Shown here: piece by piece, positions 25,723 to 32,000 of the stretch
Numbering within the stretch: position 1 is the first letter of the stretch
How the letters are laid out: each line of letters opens with the position of its first letter
The notes under the pieces: generated by a model
What the model was told of the DNA's origin: nothing
Databases searched by the model: none
Seen by the model: only the letters and a program-made list of their open reading frames with translations
DNA from: Pseudomonas aeruginosa
GTDB taxonomy: Bacteria > Pseudomonadota > Gammaproteobacteria > Pseudomonadales > Pseudomonadaceae
Direction: 5' to 3'
Assembly (NCBI RefSeq): GCF_001457615.1
Contig: NZ_LN831024.1
Coordinates: 2,280,001 to 2,312,000 of the forward strand
Length of the DNA stretch: 32,000 bases
Translations under genes and position numbers: made by a program

Positions 25723-27315
25723 TCAGTGTGTGGGAGCGACCGGGCGGGGCGGGTAGGCCCGTTGCGGCAGGATCGGAATCAGGATCAGCAGGGCGCAGGC
25801 CAGGCCGGCCATCGCCAGCAGCACGTCGGCGTTGCCCAGCACCTGGGCCTGTTGGCGGGCCTGTTCGGCCAGGTGCTGCCAGTGCGCGCCGGAGTCGGCG
25901 CCCGGTTGCAGGCCGGCGATCTGTTGCAGGCGCAGTTCGACGGCCTGGGACGCATTGCCCAGGTGATCCACCAGGCGGTTGGAGTGGTAGTGCTCGCGGG
26001 CGGTGCCGAGGGCGCCGATCACCGCGGTGGCGACTACCCCGGAGAAGCCGCGGACGGTGTTGAACCAGGCCGAGGCGAAGGGTCCCTCGATGGGCGCGAT
26101 GACGCTGGTGGAGAGCATCAGCAGCGGAATCACCGCCATCGGCTGGCCGACCACCAGTAACAGCATCGGCAGGTAGAAGTCCTCGCGCACCCAGTCCGCC
26201 GTCAGTTGGCTGAAGCTCAGACAGGCACCGGCGCACAGGCACAGGCCGCAGGCCAGCACCCAGCGGCAGTCGACCCGCGGGATGTTGCAGAGGGCCGCCA
26301 CCAGCGGCAGCGCGACGAGCTGCGGAAGGGCCACCAGCAACACCATGGGTACGCTCTGCAGGGGGCGGTAGCCGCGGATCTCGGCGAGGAATTCGGTCGG
26401 CACGCCCATGCTCGCGCCGAGCACCACCAGCACGCCGGCCAGGGTGATCAGGGCGAAGGTCAGGTTGCGGCGCTTCAGCAACTGCAGGCGGAAGAACGGC
26501 AGCGGGTGGCTCCATTCGTTGACCAGGAACAGCCCCAGCAGGAGGCTGCCGCTGCCCAGCAGCAGGCAGATCAGCGGCGACTCGAACCAGTCCAGGCGTT
26601 CGCCTTGCAGCAGACCGATCACCAGGGCGCAGATCGCCGGGAAGCCGGTGAGCAGGCCGATGCCGTCGAACTGGCGGAAGCGTTCCAGGCGCACCGGGTC
26701 CTGGGGGATGCCATGGGACACCGCGGCCATCGCCACCAGGCACAGTGGAATGACCTGCCAGAACACCCACTGCCAGCCGACGTATTCGAACCAGAACGCC
26801 GCCAGTGGCAGGCCCAGGTTGGGCCCGAAGGTCGCGGTGAGGGCATAGGCGCCCAGGCCATAGAGCTTTATCCCGGGTGGCAGGAAGCGTAGCGCCACGG
26901 TCATCAGCATTGGCGGCAGGCAGCCGGCCATCAGCCCTTGCAGGGTGCGCAGGACCAGCAGGCTCTCGAGGTTCGGCGCGAACGGACAGAGCAGGGCCAG
27001 CAGGGCGAAGCCGCCGATGGCGAAGAGCGTGAAGCGGCGCAGGGAAAAGGTCACCGAACACCAGGGCGCGAATGCCATGGCGGCGACCTGGGTGGCTTCG
27101 TAGAGCACGGTCAGCCAGGTGCCTTCGTCATGGCCAATGGCGAGTGCGCCGCGCACATCGGTCATGGCGATCTCGGTGACATGACCATTGAGACCGGCGG
27201 TGAGCGAGGCGAGCAGCACGCCGAGCAGGCCTACCACGATGCGCGCGCCGAAAGGCTGGGCGGCGGGGGCTGCGGTTGGCGTCGGCTGGCCGAGCGGGGT
27301 GGCGAGCGAAGTCAT
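25723..27315 (-). CDS. MFS drug:H+ antiporter, DHA2 / EmrB-QacA (14-TMS) family
   Basis: 530 aa from ATG 27315 (GAGG 5 nt upstream). The protein is hydrophobic and polytopic, with a typical LRTLQGLMAG motif in the TM4-5 region. An 11-nt gap separates it from the adaptor gene. Confidence 0.88.
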   Translation of the reverse strand: MTSLATPLGQPTPTAAPAAQPFGARIVVGLLGVLLASLTAGLNGHVTEIAMTDVRGALAIGHDEGTWLTVLYEATQVAAMAFAPWCSVTFSLRRFTLFAIGGFALLALLCPFAPNLESLLVLRTLQGLMAGCLPPMLMTVALRFLPPGIKLYGLGAYALTATFGPNLGLPLAAFWFEYVGWQWVFWQVIPLCLVAMAAVSHGIPQDPVRLERFRQFDGIGLLTGFPAICALVIGLLQGERLDWFESPLICLLLGSGSLLLGLFLVNEWSHPLPFFRLQLLKRRNLTFALITLAGVLVVLGASMGVPTEFLAEIRGYRPLQSVPMVLLVALPQLVALPLVAALCNIPRVDCRWVLACGLCLCAGACLSFSQLTADWVREDFYLPMLLLVVGQPMAVIPLLMLSTSVIAPIEGPFASAWFNTVRGFSGVVATAVIGALGTAREHYHSNRLVDHLGNASQAVELRLQQIAGLQPGADSGAHWQHLAEQARQQAQVLGNADVLLAMAGLACALLILIPILPQRAYPPRPVAPTH

Positions 27316-27405
27316 CGCGACCTCGCTACGGCGAGGGTGGGGAAACAAGGCATGGGCGGAAACTCTTCTGATTTCCGCCGCAGTCTAGGAGCGTCCCGGT
27401 AGTGT

Positions 27406-27447
27406 GAAAATTGAAATGATCGAAATGAATCAGTGCATTTTGTGCAT
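27406..27447. repeat. AT-rich block of short direct repeats upstream of the efflux operon
   Basis: Plus strand: GAAAATT (27406), GAAATGA (27413-27419), GAAATGA (27422-27428), GTGCAT (27433-27438) and GTGCAT (27442-27447). GC content is very low against a background of about 66%. Confidence 0.6.
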
Positions 27448-27452
27448 CTGTT

Positions 27453-28385
27453 TCAGTTGGAGCCAAGCAGCGGATGGGGATCGCTCTGTACTTCCTCGCA
27501 AATCCGCTTGATCGTTTGCCGGAACCAGCGGTGCGCGGGATCGTTGTCGAAGCGTGGATGCCAGGCCTGGACCACCATCACGGTCTTCAACGGCACCGGG
27601 ATGTCGAACTGGCGCAGGCCCAGGCCCAGTCGGTTGGCCCGCCACAGGGAATGCTCGGCGATCGGCAGCAGCAGGTCGGAGCCGGGCAGGGCGAAGATCG
27701 CCGAGTGGAAGGTCGGGCTGATCAGCTTGACGTCGCGCTTCAGGCCGAGTTCTCCCAGGGCCTGGTCCAGCGGTCCATGGTTGAGGCCACGACGCGAGAC
27801 GGCGATATGCGGAAAAGCGACGAAGCGCTGCGGAGTGATCTCGCCGTCGAAGATCGGGTGCCCCTGGCGGGCCAGGCCGACGAAGCGGGTGGTGAGCAAC
27901 TGCTGGGTCTTGACCTCGGGTTCCATCCAGGACGAGGCGCCGATATAGAGGTCGATGCGGTTCTGCCGCAGTGCCTCGTCGTCGATGTCCGACTCCTGCA
28001 CGAAGCGCAAGGTGCAGCGCGGCGCCTCCTCGGCGAAGATCTCCAGCAGGCGTATCGACAGACCGCCGACCAGGGTGTTGTTGGAACGCAGGGTGAAGCA
28101 GCGCTCCAGCTTGTCCAGTTGGATGGTCTCGCGAGTGTTGAACAGGTCGCGGGCCTGGTCCACCAGTTGCCGGACCTGCTCCTGCAGTTCCAGGGCACGG
28201 GGCGTGGGCACCAGCTTGCGGCCGGCGCGGACCATGATCGGGTCGCCTACCGCCTCGCGGATCCGTGACAGGGTACGGCTCATCGCCGGTGGGCTGAGGT
28301 GCATGCGGCGCGCGGCTCCGACCACGCTGCCCTCTTCGAGAAGAACGTTGAGGGCGACCAGGAGATTCAGATCGGGAAGATGCAT
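27453..28385 (-). CDS. LysR-family transcriptional regulator
   Basis: 310 aa from ATG 28385 (MHLPDLNLLVALNVLLEEGSVVGAARRMHLSPPAMSRTLSRIRE...). The longer track ORF adds an implausible leader with no SD. Confidence 0.88.
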   Translation of the reverse strand: MHLPDLNLLVALNVLLEEGSVVGAARRMHLSPPAMSRTLSRIREAVGDPIMVRAGRKLVPTPRALELQEQVRQLVDQARDLFNTRETIQLDKLERCFTLRSNNTLVGGLSIRLLEIFAEEAPRCTLRFVQESDIDDEALRQNRIDLYIGASSWMEPEVKTQQLLTTRFVGLARQGHPIFDGEITPQRFVAFPHIAVSRRGLNHGPLDQALGELGLKRDVKLISPTFHSAIFALPGSDLLLPIAEHSLWRANRLGLGLRQFDIPVPLKTVMVVQAWHPRFDNDPAHRWFRQTIKRICEEVQSDPHPLLGSN

Positions 28386-28541
28386 GGAGTGGAAGTATAA
28401 GCACGCTGGCATGCGCAGGGTGCAGTCTTTCGTTCTCCCAGGCGTGCGTTCGCTGCATTGCTGGATTGCGTTCGCGGTGCCTTTACGCGCACCGGTGGCT
28501 GCCGAAGAATGCCGGTGCACGCTCTATCCGAGGATTTGCCG

Positions 28542-28988
28542 ATGTTCCATACGCTCCTGGTCGCCATCGACGGCGGCCCGCAGACCCGTCGCATTGCCGA
28601 GCTGGCGCGGCAGGCCGCCGCGCCGGGCGCGCGGGTCCACCTGCTGTGCGCGGTGGACGCCGGCTATGCGTTGCCGGGCCGGCCGACGCTGCTCGACTAT
28701 CCGCCCGCCGCGCACGAGTGCGAAGAGGCCCGGCAGGTGCTCGACGAGGCCCGTGCGCTGCTAGCCGGGTGCGAGCTGGAGGTACGGGCCGAGCTGCGCG
28801 CCGGCGACCCGGTGCAGGTGATCCTGGGCGAGGCGCGACGCCTGGGCTGCGAGCTGATCGTCATCGGTCATCGGCACCTGGGGCGGCTGGAGCGCCTGCT
28901 CGATCCTTCGGTCGGCGACCGGGTGATCCGCGAGGCGCCGTGTCCGGTGCTGGTGGAAGTGCGCGAGGAAGATGCGCAGGGGAGTTGA
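28542..28988 (+). CDS. Universal stress protein (UspA family)
   Basis: 148 aa from ATG 28542 (GAGGA 7 nt upstream). It has MFHTLLVAIDGG... and C-terminal LIVIGHRHLGRLERLLDPSVGDRVIREAPCPVLVV, matching the Usp G-x2-G-x9-G(S/T)-like ATP-binding region. Confidence 0.85.
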   Translation: MFHTLLVAIDGGPQTRRIAELARQAAAPGARVHLLCAVDAGYALPGRPTLLDYPPAAHECEEARQVLDEARALLAGCELEVRAELRAGDPVQVILGEARRLGCELIVIGHRHLGRLERLLDPSVGDRVIREAPCPVLVEVREEDAQGS

Positions 28989-29043
28989 CCTGCCGGCCGA
29001 TTGTCGCCACCTTGCGGTTTTTCCCACGAATGCGGAGGGCAGG

Positions 29044-29700
29044 ATGCAGGCGGATTTTTGGCACGCCCGCTGGGCGAACAACCAGATCGGCTTCCACCTG
29101 GACGAGATCAATCCCTACCTGATGCGCCACCTGTCGCGGCTGCGACTGCAAGCGGGCGAACGGATCCTGGTGCCGTTGTGCGGCAAGACCCTGGACCTGG
29201 CCTGGCTGGCCGCCCAGGGACTGGAGGTGCTGGGGGTGGAGCTTTCGGAAAAGGCCGTGAGCGACTTCTTCGAGGAGCACGACCTGCGCCCCGAGATCGA
29301 TCAACTGGATGGTTTCCGCCGCTACCGGGTCGCCGGCATCACCCTGCTGCAGGGTGATTTCTTCGCCTTGCAGGCAGAGCACCTGGCGCAGTGCAGGGCG
29401 TTCTACGACCGCGCCGCGCTGATCGCCCTGCCGCCGGAGATGCGCGAGCGCTATGCCGGGCATCTCCAGGCGGTCCTGCCGACGCGCAGCCTCGGCTTGC
29501 TGGTCACCATCGACTACCCGCAGGCGGAGATGGCCGGTCCGCCGTTCGCCGTGCCCGACGAGGAGGTGCGTGGCTACTACGCTGGCGGTTGGCGGATCGA
29601 GGAACTGGAGCGCGGCGACGTGCTCGGCGTCAACTGGAAATTCCTCGAGCGCGGGGTGTCCTGGCTGGACGAGGCCGTCTACCTGCTGGAGAGAGGCTGA
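29044..29700 (+). CDS. tpm: Thiopurine S-methyltransferase (tellurite/selenium methylation)
   Basis: 218 aa from ATG 29044 (GGAGG 5 nt upstream). MQADFWHARWANNQIGFHLDEINPYL...VPLCGKTLDLAWLA... matches the bacterial Tpm family. Confidence 0.93.
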   Translation: MQADFWHARWANNQIGFHLDEINPYLMRHLSRLRLQAGERILVPLCGKTLDLAWLAAQGLEVLGVELSEKAVSDFFEEHDLRPEIDQLDGFRRYRVAGITLLQGDFFALQAEHLAQCRAFYDRAALIALPPEMRERYAGHLQAVLPTRSLGLLVTIDYPQAEMAGPPFAVPDEEVRGYYAGGWRIEELERGDVLGVNWKFLERGVSWLDEAVYLLERG

Positions 29701-29701
29701 A

Positions 29702-29725
29702 ACGGGGCGCCGCGCGGCGCCCCGT
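29702..29725. terminator. Perfect 24-bp GC palindrome between convergent tpm and carboxypeptidase genes
   Basis: ACGGGGCGCCGCGCGGCGCCCCGT is its own reverse complement. It fills most of the 31-bp gap, is followed on the plus strand by CCATTTT and is preceded by TGAA. Confidence 0.55.
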
Positions 29726-29731
29726 CCATTT

Positions 29732-30859
29732 TCAGCGGAGTTCGTCGACCAGCACCGCAAGGGTGCTCAGGACGTCCTGGCCGAGCCGCTTGGAGCGGGC
29801 GCCGGACCAGCCGGTCCCGGGCTCCGGGTTGTCGTCGTGGTCCTTGAACGGCATCTCGATGGTGAACGCCAGGCAGTCGTAGGTCTGCCCGACGAAGTTG
29901 CAGGCCAGCGCCAGGTTGGCCTGGCCCGGCGCACTGCGTGGGTAGCCATGGCGGATCTGGAATTCGCCGCGCGCCATCAGTTCCTCGCGGAAGCGTTGCT
30001 CGAGCCGTTCCAGGCGGGGCGTATAGCCCGGGTTGCCCTCGCAGCCGGCGGCGAATACGTGGGGGATTTCCTCGTCGCCGTGGATGTCGAGGAACAGGTC
30101 GACGCCATGGCGCTTCATCTCCTGCTGGACGAACCAGACTTCCGGGCTGCGCTCGGCGCTCGGCTCCAGCCAGGCCCGGTTGAGATCCTGGCCGGCGGCG
30201 TTGGTGCGCAGGTTGCCGTGGAACGCGCCGTCCGGGTTCATGTTCGGCACCAGGTACAGGTCGGCCTTTTCCAGCAGGCGCTGCATTTCCGTATCGTCCG
30301 GCCGCTGCAGGCGCTCGATCAGGCCTTCCATGAACCATTCGGCCATGTGTTCGCCGGGATGCTGCTGGGCGATGACCCACAGCTTCAGGTGGCTGTCGGG
30401 ATGGCGCCTGACCCGCAGCAATTCGATGTCGCGGCCTTGCACGCTGGTGCCGACGGCGAGCCGTTCGACGCCCTCGATGCCGAGCGCACGTTCGACCAGG
30501 CGGGCATGCCGTTCGCGGCTGTAGGGCTCGAAGTAGGCGAAGCGGACTTCGCTTTCCTCCGGTTCCAGCTGGAAATGCAGGCCGTCGGCGTCGTATTGCG
30601 ACGGCACGCGGAACCAGCGTTCGCCATCGTACGAGGCGACTGCCTGGTAGCCGCTCCAGGCATGGCTGTAGGCCGACTGGCCGGCGTTGACCAGGGTGAA
30701 GCAGTGCTCGGTGGCGGCAGCCATGCCCTCGACCTTGAAGTGGAACCACTGGAAATGCTGGCTGGCCAGGTCGGGACGGATCGCCAGGCGGATCCGGCGG
30801 GGATCGCTGGCATCGATGACCTGGATGTTGCCGCTGTCGAAATCGGCGCGGATCTGCAT
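29732..30859 (-). CDS. M14-family zinc metallocarboxypeptidase, cytosolic-carboxypeptidase-like (N-terminal beta-sandwich + catalytic domain)
   Basis: 375 aa from ATG 30859 (GAGG 5 nt upstream). It has the zinc-binding motif QQHPGEHMAEW (HxxE) and no signal peptide. Confidence 0.88.
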   Translation of the reverse strand: MQIRADFDSGNIQVIDASDPRRIRLAIRPDLASQHFQWFHFKVEGMAAATEHCFTLVNAGQSAYSHAWSGYQAVASYDGERWFRVPSQYDADGLHFQLEPEESEVRFAYFEPYSRERHARLVERALGIEGVERLAVGTSVQGRDIELLRVRRHPDSHLKLWVIAQQHPGEHMAEWFMEGLIERLQRPDDTEMQRLLEKADLYLVPNMNPDGAFHGNLRTNAAGQDLNRAWLEPSAERSPEVWFVQQEMKRHGVDLFLDIHGDEEIPHVFAAGCEGNPGYTPRLERLEQRFREELMARGEFQIRHGYPRSAPGQANLALACNFVGQTYDCLAFTIEMPFKDHDDNPEPGTGWSGARSKRLGQDVLSTLAVLVDELR

Positions 30860-30952
30860 GGGAACCTCATCGGGCGAAATCACGGACCCGCATGTTCCGG
30901 GGCTGGCTCGCGGCTGTCAAAGCGACCATGGATAGGTGGCTTTCCCGGGCAT

Positions 30953-30978
30953 AAAAAAAGGGCGACCGATGGTCGCCC
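30953..30978 (-). terminator. Rho-independent terminator of htpX
   Basis: Reverse strand reads GGGCGACC-ATC-GGTCGCCC followed by TTTTTTT (complement of A-run 30953-30959). Confidence 0.85.
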
Positions 30979-30999
30979 TGTCCCAAGTGTGAAAGCGGA

Positions 31000-31875
31000 T
31001 CAGCGTGCGCTGGCGCGCAGCGCTTCGATACGATCCTCCAGCGGCGGGTGGCTCATCAGCAGGCCGGCCAGGCCGTGCTTGAGGCCGCCATTGATGCCGA
31101 AGGCGTTCAGGGTGTCGGGCATCTGCACCGGCACGCCCTGTTCCGAACGCAGGCGTTGCAGCGCGGCGATCATCGCGCCGGTGCCGGCCAGGTGGGCGCC
31201 GGCGGCGTCGGCGCGGAACTCGCGGCGGCGCGAGAACCACATGACGATGATGCTGGCGAGGATGCCGAGCACCAGTTCGGCGAAGATGGTCGCGACGAAG
31301 TAGCCGATGCCCGGGCCGTCCTCGTTCTTCAGGATGGCCTTGTCGACGAAGTTGCCGAAGATCCGCGCGAAGAACATCACGAAGGTGTTCACCACGCCCT
31401 GGATCAATGCCAGGGTGACCATGTCGCCGTTGGCGACGTGACCGATCTCGTGGGCGAGGACGGCTTTCACCTCATCGGGCGAGAAACGTTCGAGCAGGCC
31501 CTGGCTGACCGCGACCAGCGCGTCGTTCTTGTTCCAGCCGGTGGCGAAGGCGTTGGCCTCGTAGGCGGGGAAGATGCCGACCTCCGGCATCTTGATGCCG
31601 GCTTCGCGGGACAGCTCTTCGACGGTTTGCAGCAGCCACTGTTCGTGACGGGTGCGCGGCTGGCTGATGACTTCGGTACCGGTGCTCATCTTCGCCATCC
31701 ACTTGGAGATGAACAGCGAGACCAGCGAACCGGCGAAACCGAACACGGCGCAGAAGACCAGCAGGCTGCCGTAATTCTGGCCGGTGAAGCGGTCCACCCC
31801 GAGCAGTTTCAGGGTGATGCTGGCAATCACCAGGACTGCCAGGTTGGTGGCCAGGAACAACAGGATGCGCATCAT
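31000..31875 (-). CDS. htpX: Membrane-bound zinc metalloprotease HtpX (M48 family)
   Basis: 291 aa from ATG 31875 ([20 protein letters not shown]..., the same N-terminus style as E. coli HtpX), with the HEIGH zinc motif. The ORF-track start 31959 adds 28 non-homologous residues. Confidence 0.95.
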   Translation of the reverse strand: MMRILLFLATNLAVLVIASITLKLLGVDRFTGQNYGSLLVFCAVFGFAGSLVSLFISKWMAKMSTGTEVISQPRTRHEQWLLQTVEELSREAGIKMPEVGIFPAYEANAFATGWNKNDALVAVSQGLLERFSPDEVKAVLAHEIGHVANGDMVTLALIQGVVNTFVMFFARIFGNFVDKAILKNEDGPGIGYFVATIFAELVLGILASIIVMWFSRRREFRADAAGAHLAGTGAMIAALQRLRSEQGVPVQMPDTLNAFGINGGLKHGLAGLLMSHPPLEDRIEALRASAR

Positions 31876-31967
31876 GGTGTAAAGCTTCTCCTCACGGCTG
31901 AAGGCACGGAGCGCGGTTCGCAGGCCGCCGGGGCGGGCGAACGGGCTCCTGATAATCATGCGGGGTT

Positions 31968-31996
31968 ATATAAGGGGCGGTCCATGGCGATTCAAT
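31968..31996 (-). promoter_or_regulatory. Putative RpoH (sigma32) heat-shock promoter of htpX
   Basis: Reverse strand reads ATTGAAT (-35-like, consensus CTTGAAA), a 12-13 nt spacer, then CCCCTTATAT (consensus CCCCATNT). htpX is a heat-shock gene in E. coli. Confidence 0.4.
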
Positions 31997-32000
31997 CGAG

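Noticed and set aside
25712-27061. N-terminal ~450 aa of the 804-aa ORF 24647-27061
   Set aside because: Only the C-terminal 354 aa (from ATG 25711) looks like a membrane-fusion protein. The upstream part is an out-of-frame read-through of the MFS gene with Arg/Pro-rich composition.

Overview
High-GC (about 66%) gamma-proteobacterial chromosome that I recognise as Pseudomonas aeruginosa core genome. From memory, not a database search, gene content and order match the PAO1 interval PA2862 (lipA) down to PA2830 (htpX), read in reverse orientation. I call 33 protein-coding genes and one tRNA-Ser(GGA); coding density is high and intergenic gaps are short. The calls are: lipA (5' part), ligT, a small hypothetical, greB, ybbP/ybbA-type ABC transporter divergent from tesA, a small Cys-containing hypothetical, an L,D-transpeptidase, oprI, tRNA-Ser, earP, efp, ohr, ohrR, LysR regulator, TSUP permease, LysR regulator, DUF1127 small protein, YcaQ/AlkZ-type DNA glycosylase, class II DAHP synthase, spermidine-synthase-like methyltransferase, enoyl-CoA hydratase, deaD, DOPA-dioxygenase-like protein, LysR regulator, a tripartite MFS efflux operon (MFS pump, membrane-fusion protein, OpmA-type outer-membrane factor), LysR regulator, Usp protein, tpm, M14 carboxypeptidase and htpX. 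I see no integrase, transposase, IS element, prophage remnant, CRISPR array, toxin-antitoxin pair or recognisable defence-island gene, so this looks like ordinary conserved chromosome rather than an accessory region. The many long extra ORFs in the six-frame track are Arg/Pro/Gly/Ala-rich shadow frames typical of high-GC DNA. The most interesting items are small-scale or concern under-characterised genes. They are: (1) a 13-codon upstream ORF with an SD-sequestering hairpin in the leader of the MFS efflux operon; (2) the back-to-back tesA / ybbA-ybbP lipase-transporter module; (3) a same-strand string of regulator, pump, regulator and extradiol dioxygenase with no internal terminator; (4) a YcaQ-type crosslink glycosylase preceded by a DUF1127 small protein; (5) nested inverted repeats and a shared AT-rich octamer in the ohrR/ohr control regions; (6) an L,D-transpeptidase next to oprI. 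All are hypotheses from sequence reading only.
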